Positions 19,826 through 29,162 of a DNA stretch of 32,000 nucleotides are shown piece after piece. The notes under the pieces are model-generated. The model made no database searches and had not been told where the DNA came from. It saw only the letters and a list, made by a program, of their open reading frames with translations. The position numbers were made by a program, and so were the translations under genes. Numbering within the stretch: position 1 is the stretch's first letter; every line of letters starts with the position of its first letter. Origin of the DNA: Halorhodospira halophila SL1 (GTDB lineage: Bacteria; Pseudomonadota; Gammaproteobacteria; Nitrococcales; Halorhodospiraceae); the NCBI RefSeq assembly GCF_000015585.1, contig NC_008789.1, positions 780,001-812,000 on the forward strand, written 5' to 3'.

Positions 19826-20548
19826 TTAAAAGCGCACGGCGTCGAAGGAGACCCCCAGGTAGAACTCGTCGTCCTCCCCGGAGGACATCACCCGGCCGTA
19901 GGCCAGATCCAGCTGGACCAGGTCGTCGAGCATGCTGCGGCGCAGGCCGAAGGCGCCCCGGGCATCCTCATCGCTGTCGGTATCCCCGGTGGCCTGCAGG
20001 ATCACGTCCCAGCGCTCGGTGAAGCGCCAGTCCAGGCCCAGCCCCCAGATGCCGTCGGTGTCGTCGTCCTGGCGGTTGTGGCTCACGCCGAGGTTGGCGT
20101 GGACCGTGGTGCGCTGGCCCCAGTCCACGGTCAGCGGCACCAGCAGGAAGTGGTCGCGGCGGCGGTCATCGCTGATGTCGTAGTCCAGGCCCGCGGCCAG
20201 GCCGAGTCCGTAACCGTCGCGGTGCCGGTCGCGCCACAGCCACAGGCCTTCGACGTCGAGGAAGGCGTTGGCATCGGCCCCCTCGGTGCCTTGGGTACCC
20301 AGCCCCACGGTGGTCTGCCAGTCACCGGTACCGCGGGTGGTCAGGGCACCGAAGGTGCCGACACGGTCGCCTTCGCTGCGATCCACCTCCTGGTGCCAGA
20401 AGTCCACGGTGCCGCTGCGCCGGTCGATCAGCTCGGCCTCGGTGATCTCGTAGGCGTCGCCGGGCAGCGGCCCGCTCACCGCCGCGCCACTGGCCAGCGC
20501 GCCCCCCAGGCCGGCGGCCGCCGCCATCCACCCACCGTAACGTTGCAT
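19826..20548 (-). CDS. Putative small outer-membrane beta-barrel protein (family not recognised)
   Basis: This is the last 240 codons of the 823-aa track ORF. The start is MQRYGGWMAAAAGLGGALASGAAVSG, with an AGGAGG SD about 5 nt upstream. Alternating amphipathic strands are present, and the C-terminus is YLGVSFDAVRF (terminal aromatic). The rest of the 823-aa ORF is antisense to metG. Confidence 0.6.
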   Translation of the reverse strand: MQRYGGWMAAAAGLGGALASGAAVSGPLPGDAYEITEAELIDRRSGTVDFWHQEVDRSEGDRVGTFGALTTRGTGDWQTTVGLGTQGTEGADANAFLDVEGLWLWRDRHRDGYGLGLAAGLDYDISDDRRRDHFLLVPLTVDWGQRTTVHANLGVSHNRQDDDTDGIWGLGLDWRFTERWDVILQATGDTDSDEDARGAFGLRRSMLDDLVQLDLAYGRVMSSGEDDEFYLGVSFDAVRF

Positions 20549-20620
20549 ACTGCCTCCTATTGATCTTGCGGGATCTGGCATAATGCGCGGTTTCCCGCAC
20601 AGCAAACCGAATCCGGAGAT

Positions 20621-22660
20621 ATGGCACGCCGCATCCTCGTCACCAGCGCCCTGCCCTACGCCAACGGCCCGATCCACCTGGGCCACCTGGTCGAATACAT
20701 CCAGACCGATATCTGGGCACGCTTCCAGCGGCTGCGCGGCAACGAATGCTACTACGTCTGTGCCGATGACGCCCACGGTACGCCGATCATGCTGAAGGCG
20801 CGCGAGCGCGGCGTCGACCCGGAGCAGCTCATCGAGGAGATGGCCGCCAGCCACCAGGCCGACTTCGCCGATTTTCTCATCGGCTTCGACCGCTACCACT
20901 CCACCCACTCGGCGGAGAACCGCCACTTCGCCGAGCTGATCTACCAGCGCCTGGAGGCCGGCGGCCACATCGAGCGACACACCATCGAGCAGCTCTACGA
21001 CCCCGGCGAGGGCATGTTCCTCCCCGATCGCTACATCAAGGGCACCTGCCCGCGCTGCGCGGCCCCCGATCAGTACGGCGACTCCTGCGAGGCGTGCGGC
21101 GCCACCTACACCCCGGCGGAGCTCCAGGATCCGGTCTCGGTGATCTCCGGCGAGCGCCCGGAGGTGCGGGAGAGCGAACACTTCTTCTTCCGGCTGCAGG
21201 ACTTCGAGGCACTGCTGCGTCAGTGGGCCAGCGCCGAGCACCTGCAGCCGGAGATCATCAACAAGCTCAACGAGTGGTTCGAGGCCGGGCTGCGCGACTG
21301 GGACATCTCCCGCGACGCGCCCTACTTCGGCTTCCGCATCCCGGGCACCGAGGACAAGTACTTCTATGTCTGGCTGGATGCGCCCATCGGCTACATGGCC
21401 AGCTTCCGCCGCCTGGCCGAGGAGCGGGGCATCGACTTCGACGCCTTCTGGGATGCCGGGCGCGCCGAGGAGACCGAGCTCTACCACTTCATCGGCAAGG
21501 ACATCGCCTACTTCCACACGCTGTTCTGGCCGGCGATGCTCCACGGCGCCGGCTACCGCACCCCGACGGCGGTCTACTGCCACGGCTTTCTGACCGTCAA
21601 CGGGCAGAAGATGTCCAAGTCCCGGGGAACGTTCATCACCGCGCGCAGCTATCTCGATCACCTGGATCCGGAGTACCTGCGCTACTACACGGCGGCCAAG
21701 CTCTCGGACTCGGTGGAGGACATCGACCTCTCCTTCGACGACTTCGTCCAGCGGGTCAACTCCGACGTGGTGGGCAAGCTGGTGAACATCGCCAGCCGCT
21801 GCGCCGGGTTCATCACCAAGCGCTTCGACGGCCGCCTGGCACCCCGGCTCAGCGCCCCGGAGCTGTTCCGGACGTTCACCGCCAGCGCCGAGCGCATCGC
21901 CGAGCTCTACGAGCAGCGCGAGTACGCCCGGGCGGTGCGCGAGATCATGCACCTGGCCGACCAGGCGAATCAGTACATCGACGCCGAGAAGCCGTGGGAG
22001 CGGATCAAGGACCCCGAGCAGGCGCGGGCGGTGCAGGAGATCTGCACCATGGGGCTGAACCTGTTCCGGGTGCTGATCATCTACATCAAGCCGATCATGC
22101 CGCGGCTGGCAGAAGACGCCGAGGCGTTCCTGGCCATCGGGCCACTCGCCTGGGCAGATGTGCAGGCGCCGCTGCTCGATCACGGGATCAACAAGTTCAA
22201 ACCGCTGAAGACGCGGATCGACCCGCAACAAGTGGAGGCCGTCGTGGACGCATCGAAGGAGACGCTGGCGCAATCCGAATCCAGTGAGCCGGCGCAAGGG
22301 CCGAGCGGCCGCCTGGCCGAGGATCCGATCGATGAGCCGATCACCATCGACGATTTCGCCAAGCTCGACCTGCGCGTCGCCGAGGTGAGGGTGGCCGAGG
22401 CGGTGGAGGGCGCGGACAAGCTGCTGCGCCTGGAGCTGGATCTCGGCGGTGAGACGCGCCAGGTCTTCGCCGGTGTGCGCCAGGCCTACAGCCCGGAGCA
22501 GTTGGTCGGCAAGCGGGTGGTCTGTGTGGCCAACCTGAAGCCGCGCAAGATGCGTTTCGGGACGTCGGAGGGGATGGTCCTCTGCGCTGGTCCCGGCGGT
22601 GAGGATCTGTGGGTGGTCGGCCCCGACGAGGGGGCGGAGCCGGGAATGCGGGTGAAGTAA
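20621..22660 (+). CDS. metG: Methionyl-tRNA synthetase with a C-terminal tRNA-binding (Trbp111/EMAP-like) domain
   Basis: The HIGH-type motif [10 protein letters not shown], the KMSKS motif, the zinc knuckle [18 protein letters not shown] and the C-terminal [28 protein letters not shown] are all present. Confidence 0.97.
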
Positions 22661-22686
22661 TCAGGGCGGGCCGTAGCTACCGCATG

Positions 22687-22917
22687 GGCCGTCGTGGGGC
22701 GGGGACCGGGTGCCGCTGAGCGCGCCCCGCCTGGCGGCGGGGTCCCCTGTGCTGCTCACCCTGGCGGGGCCGCTCGCTCAACTCGCGGCGCTGGCGCGCC
22801 GCTCGGACAAGACCTCGCTGTTCAGCGCGAACCGGTGAAGGTTCGCGCTGAACCCCCGCCAGGGCTGCGCTGCTCGGCACGCTCAAAAGGGCACCCGGTC
22901 CCCGCCCCACGACGGCC
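22687..22917. repeat. Palindromic extragenic repeat element, copy 2 (compact form, inverted relative to copy 1)
   Basis: A 28-bp perfect terminal inverted repeat is present (22687..22714 and 22890..22917). The core at 22737..22878 is the reverse complement of 15251..15391. My hand alignment gives 10 substitutions and one 1-nt indel. Confidence 0.85.
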
Positions 22918-22924
22918 TACACGG

Positions 22925-22963
22925 CCCCGGAACTGCGCCCCGGAACTGCGCCCCGGAACCGCG
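22925..22963. repeat. 13-bp direct tandem repeat, 3 copies
   Basis: The units are CCCCGGAACTGCG, CCCCGGAACTGCG and CCCCGGAACCGCG, followed by a partial GCCCCGA. The array lies between repeat copy 2 and the stop of the protease gene. Confidence 0.8.
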
Positions 22964-22971
22964 GCCCCGAT

Positions 22972-24276
22972 CTACCGGCGCCGCTGCTGCTCCCGCGGCA
23001 CCTCACGGAGCTCCACCTCGAACTTCCGCTCCTCACCGTCGCGCAGGACCGTCAGCGTCACCGCATCCCCCGCCCGACGGGCGAAGACCAACCGCTGCAA
23101 CTCCCGCGGCTCCGACACCGCCTCACCGTTCACGTGGGTGATGACATCCCCGTCGGCCGGCATGGCACGCCCTTCGACACTCACCTCGAACGACGCCCCC
23201 TGCAGCCCCGCCTCCTCGGCCGGACTGCCCGACTCGACATCCACCACCATCACCCCGCGCTCCGGGAGATTCAGCCGCTCGCGGACCCCCTCCGGATAGC
23301 CCTGCAGACCGGCCACCATCACCCCCAGACGGGCCCGGGAGGTCAGATCCGTCAGACCGCCCTCCTCCATCTCGTCCAGGCTCTCCTGGAGCAGATTGCT
23401 GGGCACGGCAAAGCCCACGCCCACCGAGCCGCCCCGGCCGGTCAGCCCGCCGCCGCCCGGCACGATGGCGGTGTTCACACCGATCACCTCTCCGGCGGAG
23501 TTGAGCAGCGGCCCGCCGGAGTTGCCCGGATTGATCGCCGCATCGGTCTGGATCATGGGGATCTCGATCTGCCCGATCCCCGGCAGATCCCGGCCGACAC
23601 CGGAGACAATCCCCGTGGTCACCGTAGAGCTCAGCCCGAAGGGGTTGCCGATGGCGATGGTCTTCTGGCCCACCAGGGTCTGATCCGAGTCGGCCAGCGG
23701 CAGCGGCTCGGCGCCGTCCGGGATGCTGTCCGGATCCTCGGGCTTGAGCAGGGCCAGGTCGTAGAGCGCGTTGGCGCCCACCACTCGGGCCGGCACCGCT
23801 TCGTGCTCGGCGAAGCTGAGCTTCAGGGAAGCGCCCTCGCGCAGATCCACGCTCTCCTCCTCCAGGGCGTTGCGGATGACGTGGTAGTTGGTGACGATAT
23901 GCCCCGCATCATCGACCAGAAAGCCACTCCCGGCGCCCTGGCGGCGGGGCGAGTCCTCGCGGGGCTGCTGCCGGCGCTCGAAGAACTCGCGGAATTCCCG
24001 CGGGAGCATCCCTTCGGGGATGCGGTCGAAGGGGTCGACCCGCTCGCCGCGGACCTCGACCTCGATGGCCACCACCGAGGGGCCGTAGCGCTGGAAGATC
24101 TCCACCGTGTTGCGCTCATCCGGCTGGAGGTGCTCCAGGTCGTCGGCCAGCGCCGGGGTGGCCACCAGGCCGATCAGAGCGGTCGCCAGCGCCGCCACCA
24201 CCATCCGCGGCGCGCGTCGATGCTGCATCGCGTGTGCTACCGTCATAAGGCTTTCTACCTGTGGGTTGTTCATCAA
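22972..24276 (-). CDS. HtrA/DegP-family periplasmic serine endoprotease with a single PDZ domain
   Basis: The catalytic triad contexts are IVTNYHVI (His), YDLALLK (Asp) and GNSGGPLLN (Ser). One PDZ domain is present (VVDVESGSPAEEAGLQ...GDVITHVNGEAV). The signal peptide is MQHRRAPRMVVAALATALIGLVATPALA, so the true start may be the ATG at 24228. Confidence 0.9.
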   Translation of the reverse strand: MMNNPQVESLMTVAHAMQHRRAPRMVVAALATALIGLVATPALADDLEHLQPDERNTVEIFQRYGPSVVAIEVEVRGERVDPFDRIPEGMLPREFREFFERRQQPREDSPRRQGAGSGFLVDDAGHIVTNYHVIRNALEEESVDLREGASLKLSFAEHEAVPARVVGANALYDLALLKPEDPDSIPDGAEPLPLADSDQTLVGQKTIAIGNPFGLSSTVTTGIVSGVGRDLPGIGQIEIPMIQTDAAINPGNSGGPLLNSAGEVIGVNTAIVPGGGGLTGRGGSVGVGFAVPSNLLQESLDEMEEGGLTDLTSRARLGVMVAGLQGYPEGVRERLNLPERGVMVVDVESGSPAEEAGLQGASFEVSVEGRAMPADGDVITHVNGEAVSEPRELQRLVFARRAGDAVTLTVLRDGEERKFEVELREVPREQQRRR

Positions 24277-24351
24277 GTAGTGGACAACAAGGCTAGGGTG
24301 TTAAGTTCACCCTGTTCGTAACGGATCAAGCCACCGATTTCCAACACGGGG

Positions 24352-25440
24352 ATGGCGATGGATCTCCTGTTATTGGCCGTCGCGGCCGTGCTGGTCAACA
24401 ACTTCGTCCTCACCCAGTTCCTCGGGTTGTGCCCGTTTCTGGGAGTCTCGCGCAAGGTCGAGACGGCGGCGGGCATGGCGGCCGCCACCGCCTTCGTCCT
24501 CACCCTGGCCTCGGTGCTGAGCTATCTGGCCTTCACCTACATCCTGGTGCCGCTGGACGCCGAGTACCTGCGCACGCCCACGTTCATCCTGATCATCGCC
24601 ATCGCCGTGCAGCTGACCGAGATGGCGGTGCGCTTCACCAGCCCCATGCTCCAGCAGGTGCTCGGCCTCTACCTGCCGCTGATCACCACCAACTGCGCGG
24701 TGCTCGGCGTCGCCCTGCTCAACCTGCGCGGCGACCATGACCTGATCGCCTCGGCGGTCTACGGCGCCGCGGCGGCCGCCGGCTTCGGCCTGGTGCTGGT
24801 GATCTTCGCCGCCCTGCGCGAGCGGTTGGAGAGCGCCGAGGTGCCCCGCGCCTTCCGCGGTGCGCCCATCGCCCTGGTCAGCGCCGGGATCCTCTCCATG
24901 GGCTTCATGGGCTTCGCCGGCCTGGCCCAGGCCGGCGAGCGGGAGTTGGCCACCGACCGCGAGGACATGGTGGAAGTCGAGGTCACCACCCTGACCCTGG
25001 AAGAGGGCGGCGCCCCGGCGCCGGTGATCCTCCTCGGCGAACCGGACAGCGAGCAGATGGTGCCGATCTTCATCGGCCCCAGCGAGGCGCAGGCCATCCA
25101 CGACGCCCTGCACGGCGTCGAGCCGCCGCGGCCGATGACCCACGACCTGTTCGGCAACGTGCTGCGCGCCACCGGCTACACCCTGCAGGCCGTCTACATC
25201 GACGCCATCGTCGACGGCGCCTACGTCGCCGCCCTGGCCCTGGCACCCGAGGACGGTGGCGAGGTGCGCTACATCGACAGCCGCTCCAGCGACGCCATCG
25301 CCCTGGCGCTGCGCGCCGAGGCTACCATCTACGCCGCCCCGGAGGTCCTGGAGGCGGCCCAGGAGCGGGAGCAGCAGCGCCCGCGGGACGAGTCCCTGCG
25401 CATGACCCGGCTGGATCTGGTGCCGGGTCCGACGACGTGA
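24352..25440 (+). CDS. rnfA: Rnf complex subunit A fused in frame to a C-terminal BFN/DUF151 (bifunctional nuclease family) domain
   Basis: Residues 1-192 match RnfA/RsxA end to end ([19 protein letters not shown]...[16 protein letters not shown]...GFMGFAGL). There is no stop, and residues 206-336 carry the BFN hallmarks [43 protein letters not shown] and [26 protein letters not shown]. Confidence 0.85.
   Translation: MAMDLLLLAVAAVLVNNFVLTQFLGLCPFLGVSRKVETAAGMAAATAFVLTLASVLSYLAFTYILVPLDAEYLRTPTFILIIAIAVQLTEMAVRFTSPMLQQVLGLYLPLITTNCAVLGVALLNLRGDHDLIASAVYGAAAAAGFGLVLVIFAALRERLESAEVPRAFRGAPIALVSAGILSMGFMGFAGLAQAGERELATDREDMVEVEVTTLTLEEGGAPAPVILLGEPDSEQMVPIFIGPSEAQAIHDALHGVEPPRPMTHDLFGNVLRATGYTLQAVYIDAIVDGAYVAALALAPEDGGEVRYIDSRSSDAIALALRAEATIYAAPEVLEAAQEREQQRPRDESLRMTRLDLVPGPTT
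24967..25359 (+). other. BFN/DUF151 domain-coding segment inside the rnfA ORF (begins at an in-frame ATG)
   Basis: [15 protein letters not shown]... resembles the native N-terminus of stand-alone BFN proteins. It lies 13 codons after the end of RnfA homology. GC3 stays high in this frame. Confidence 0.7.
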
Positions 25441-25471
25441 GGCCACCACCGATCATGTTACCCTGTATCGT

Positions 25472-27517
25472 ATGTTCAGCGCGGTCCTGACCCTCACAGC
25501 CATCGCCGGTCTCTGCGGTGTCGGTCTCGGCGCCGCCGGGCGCCGTCTGGCCGCGCAGCGCGATCCGGTGGTCGGGCACATCGACGAGCTGCTGCCCCAG
25601 ACCCAGTGCGGCCAGTGCGGGTACCCGGGCTGCCGGCCGTACGCCGAGGCCGTGGCTGCCGGCGAGGCCGCCACCAACCTCTGCACCCCCGGCGGCAACG
25701 CCACCGCCCGGGCCATCGCCGACCTGCTCCAGGTGGATCCGGAGCCGGTGGCCGATGACAGCACCGGGCCGGCCGTGGCGTTCATCGACGAGAGCCAGTG
25801 CATCGGCTGCACGCGCTGCCTGCCGGCCTGCCCGGTGGATGCCATCGTCGGCGCCCAGCGCCAGGTGCACACCGTGCTCGCCGACGAGTGCACCGGCTGC
25901 CGCCTGTGCGTCGACGCCTGCCCCATGGACTGCATCACCATGCAGCCGGTGGAGCCGCCGCTGAACGCCCGCATCCGCCCGCTGCCGACGCCGCAGTCGA
26001 CCACCGCCCGGCCGGAACAGCGGCCCGGACCGCTGCGCCACCAGCAGGTGCAGCCCCGGCGGCGCGGCGTGGCGGTGGCGGACGCCAAGGACTACTCCCG
26101 CAACGGCCCGCTGCGCAGCCTGGCGCTGCCGGCGCAGCTGGTGCTGCCGCTGCTCGATCACACCGGGGCCGAGGCCCCGGCCACCGTGGCCGTAGGCGAA
26201 CACGTCCGGCGCGGCACGCGGATCACCGAAGGGCGCAACGGGGTCCCCCTGCACGCCCCCACCTCCGGGGTGGTCAGCGCCATCGAGCGCCGGCCCATCG
26301 TCCACCCGGCCGGCGGCACCGCGCCGTGCCTGATCGTCGAGAGTGACGGCGCCGACTGCCGCGAGACCCCCATGCCGCCCATCGAGGCGCCCCTGCAGGC
26401 CGACCCCGAGGCCCTGCTGCGGCGCATCGGCGAGGCCGGCGTACGCGGCATGGGCGGCGCCGCCTTCCCCTCGGCGCTGAAGCTCGCCGACGGCGCCCGC
26501 AGCGGCGTCGACACCCTGGTGGTCAACGGCGTCGAGTGCGACACCTACCTCACCTGTGACGAGACCCTGCTGCGCATGCGCGCCGCGGCCATCATCGACG
26601 GCGCGCGCATCGCCGCCCGGGCCTGCGGCGCCGAGCGCATCCTGGTGGCGGTCAAGAACTCCGCCCCCGAGGCCGCGGCAGCGGCCGAGGCCGCCATCGA
26701 GGCCAGCGAGGCCGACATCCAGGTGGTGCGCGTCGGCGGCGACTATCCCGCGGGCAACGAGCGGCACATCGTCTACCCGACCACCGGGCGCACGGTCCCC
26801 GCCGGTGCCCGGCCACCGGCGGTGGGGGTGGTCTGCCAGAACGTCTCCACCCTCGACGCCATCCACCGCGCCGTCCATTACGGCGAGCCGTCGGTGGAGC
26901 GGCTGGTCACGGTCACCGGCGGCGGTATCGCCGAGCCGGGCAACTACTGGGTGCGGGTCGGCACCCCGCTGAACGCCCTGATCGGCCAGGCCGGCACGCC
27001 CGGCTGCCGGACCATCGTCGGCGGCGGCATCATGGGCACCCCGGTCACCGACCGGCAGGTGCCGCTGACCCACGGCATGAACGGGATCGTGGTCGAGTCC
27101 GCCGACGAGGCGCCGCTGTTCGAGCAGCCGTGCATCAGCTGCGGGCGCTGCGCCGAGGTCTGCCCCGAGGGCCTGCAGCCGTTCGAGATGGCCCGGCGCA
27201 TCCGCGCCGGCGTCGATGTCGGCGAGGCCGCCGAGCACATCGACCTCGACCCGATGCGCTGCACCGGCTGCTCGAGCTGCGAACTGGTCTGCCCCAGCTC
27301 CATTCCCCTGGCCGGCATCACCGGCCACGCCCGGGACGCCGCCCGCGCCCGCCTGCGTGAGCGCGAGCAGGCCGAGCGGGCCCGGCAACGCCACGAGGCC
27401 CGGCAGGCCCGCGAGGCGCGCCGCCAGCGCGAGAAGGAAGAGGCACGCCGGCGCAAGCGCGAGGCCATGGCCGCCCAGGCCGAACAGAACCGCCCGAGCG
27501 AGACCACGGAGGGTTGA
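25472..27517 (+). CDS. rnfC: Rnf complex subunits B and C encoded as one ORF (RnfB module about aa 1-160, Pro/Arg/Gln-rich linker, RnfC module about aa 206-681)
   Basis: The RnfB module has a TM anchor, the [26 protein letters not shown] cluster, and [12 protein letters not shown] plus [12 protein letters not shown]. The RnfC module has [71 protein letters not shown] and an Arg/Glu-rich tail. No in-frame stop lies between the modules. Confidence 0.85.
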   Translation: MFSAVLTLTAIAGLCGVGLGAAGRRLAAQRDPVVGHIDELLPQTQCGQCGYPGCRPYAEAVAAGEAATNLCTPGGNATARAIADLLQVDPEPVADDSTGPAVAFIDESQCIGCTRCLPACPVDAIVGAQRQVHTVLADECTGCRLCVDACPMDCITMQPVEPPLNARIRPLPTPQSTTARPEQRPGPLRHQQVQPRRRGVAVADAKDYSRNGPLRSLALPAQLVLPLLDHTGAEAPATVAVGEHVRRGTRITEGRNGVPLHAPTSGVVSAIERRPIVHPAGGTAPCLIVESDGADCRETPMPPIEAPLQADPEALLRRIGEAGVRGMGGAAFPSALKLADGARSGVDTLVVNGVECDTYLTCDETLLRMRAAAIIDGARIAARACGAERILVAVKNSAPEAAAAAEAAIEASEADIQVVRVGGDYPAGNERHIVYPTTGRTVPAGARPPAVGVVCQNVSTLDAIHRAVHYGEPSVERLVTVTGGGIAEPGNYWVRVGTPLNALIGQAGTPGCRTIVGGGIMGTPVTDRQVPLTHGMNGIVVESADEAPLFEQPCISCGRCAEVCPEGLQPFEMARRIRAGVDVGEAAEHIDLDPMRCTGCSSCELVCPSSIPLAGITGHARDAARARLREREQAERARQRHEARQAREARRQREKEEARRRKREAMAAQAEQNRPSETTEG

Positions 27518-28491
27518 GCTTGGCGGCACCCACAACGCCCAGGATCATGGGATGGGTCCTGCTCGCCCTCCTGCCGGGGGCGGGCGTGCTGGTGTGGCTC
27601 TTCGGCGTCGGCGTGCTCCTGAACATCACTGCCGCGCTGACCGCCGGCGTCGCCGCCGAGGCCGCGGCGCTGCGCCTGCGCGGCCGCCCGGTGGCCCCGG
27701 CCCTGACCGACGGCAGCACGCCCCTGGCGGCCCTGATCATCGGCATCGCCCTGCCGCCCCTGCTGCCCTTCTGGATCCCCGCCCTGGCCGGCGCCCTGGC
27801 CGTGCTGCTGGGCAAGCAGGTCTACGGCGGGCTGGGGCAGAACATCTTCAATCCGGCCATGGTCGGCTACCTGGCGGTGGTCCTCGCCTTCCCCCAGGCG
27901 GTGAGCCTGTGGCCGGCCCCGGAGACCGGCGTGGGGGCCGCGGTACCCGCCACCGAGGCCCTGCACTACTTCCTCACCGGCGCCCTGCCGCCCATTGCCG
28001 ACGCCATGACCCACGCCACGCCGCTGGACCGGCTGGCCACCGAGGGCTTCGCCGCCCTGCCCGGCGATGGCGGCCTGTGGGGGCAGACCCAGGCCGCCGG
28101 CGCCTGGCTGTGGCTCGGCGCCGCCTTGCTGCTCGGCGGCGCCGGCCTGCTGGCCCTGCGCATCGTCGACTGGCGCCTGCCGGTCGGGGTGCTGGTCGGC
28201 ACCGCCGCCACCGCGGCGCTGCTGCAGCTCGGTGACGGCGCCCCGGTCCTCTTTCACCTGCTCTCCGGGGCAACCCTGCTGGTGGCCTTCTTCATCGCCA
28301 CGGACCCGGTCAGCGCCCCGCGGGAGCCCACGGCGCGGCTGATCTACGCCGCACTGATCGGCGTGGTGGCGCTGGTCATCCGCGAACTCGGCGGCCACCC
28401 GGACGGCTTCGCCTTCGCCGTGCTGATGCTCAACGCCACCGCGCCGCTGCTCGACTACGTGGTACGCCGCAGCGCCGGGGAGGCCGCATGA
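27514..28491 (+). CDS. rnfD: Rnf complex subunit D
   Basis: [24 protein letters not shown] (the flavinylation-site region; E. coli has SQATPLD) and [21 protein letters not shown] are present. The TTG start overlaps the upstream stop (TTGA). An alternative ATG lies at 27547. Confidence 0.9.
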   Translation: MSLAAPTTPRIMGWVLLALLPGAGVLVWLFGVGVLLNITAALTAGVAAEAAALRLRGRPVAPALTDGSTPLAALIIGIALPPLLPFWIPALAGALAVLLGKQVYGGLGQNIFNPAMVGYLAVVLAFPQAVSLWPAPETGVGAAVPATEALHYFLTGALPPIADAMTHATPLDRLATEGFAALPGDGGLWGQTQAAGAWLWLGAALLLGGAGLLALRIVDWRLPVGVLVGTAATAALLQLGDGAPVLFHLLSGATLLVAFFIATDPVSAPREPTARLIYAALIGVVALVIRELGGHPDGFAFAVLMLNATAPLLDYVVRRSAGEAA

Positions 28492-29162
28492 CCCTACCGG
28501 TGAGCCTGCGCGCCGGGGGCATCCTCGCCCTGTTCGTGGGCGTCGGGCTGGCCGCCGTGGCCCTGGTCCACGAGCAGACCCGGGAGCGGATCGCCACCGC
28601 CGAACGGCAGGTGGTCCTTGATCGTCTGGCCGCCGTCCTGCCCGAGGGCCACGACAACGCCCCCGAGGACCAGGTCTACCAGCGCCCCACCCCACTGGAT
28701 CACGACACCCCGTTGCGCATCTACCCGGCCTACGCCGGCGACGAGTACCTGGGCGCGGCGGTGGAGGTGGAGACCCCGGAGGGCTACGCCGGCACCATCC
28801 GCCTGCTCGTCGGCCTCGACGCCGACGGCCGGGTCCTGGGCGTGCGCACCGTGGCCCACCGCGAGACGCCGGGGCTGGGCGACGCCATCGAGACCGCACG
28901 CAGCGACTGGATGTACGGCTTCGACGACCGGACCCTGGGCGACCCGCCGGAGGACGACTGGCGCGTGCGCCAGGACGGCGGGCAGTTCGACGGCATCACC
29001 GGGGCGACCATCACCGCCCGGGCGGTGGTCGACGCCGTGCGCGAGGTGCTGATCGACTACACCGCCGAGCCGGAGGCCTACCGCGGTGTCGACCAGGCCG
29101 AGGACGGCACCGCCGTCGACCCCGAGGCCGACGGCCACAGTGACGAGGGCCCCACCGGATGA
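28488..29162 (+). CDS. rnfG: Rnf complex subunit G (FMN-binding)
   Basis: It has an N-terminal TM segment, ETPGLGD, and FDGITGATITARAV (the covalent-FMN threonine motif). It has an ATGA overlap with rnfD and an acidic C-terminal tail. Confidence 0.9.
   Translation: MTLPVSLRAGGILALFVGVGLAAVALVHEQTRERIATAERQVVLDRLAAVLPEGHDNAPEDQVYQRPTPLDHDTPLRIYPAYAGDEYLGAAVEVETPEGYAGTIRLLVGLDADGRVLGVRTVAHRETPGLGDAIETARSDWMYGFDDRTLGDPPEDDWRVRQDGGQFDGITGATITARAVVDAVREVLIDYTAEPEAYRGVDQAEDGTAVDPEADGHSDEGPTG

Noticed and set aside
20549-22297. N-terminal roughly 580 codons of the 823-aa - strand ORF
   Set aside because: This part is antisense to metG. Only the last 240 codons (19826..20548), which have their own SD and signal-like N-terminus, look real.
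25322-28899. 737-aa (25322..27535) and 651-aa (26944..28899) - strand ORFs
   Set aside because: They are antisense to rnfB-C, rnfD and rnfG. The products are extreme Arg/Gly/Pro/Ala low complexity, and the + strand genes carry unmistakable Rnf motifs.
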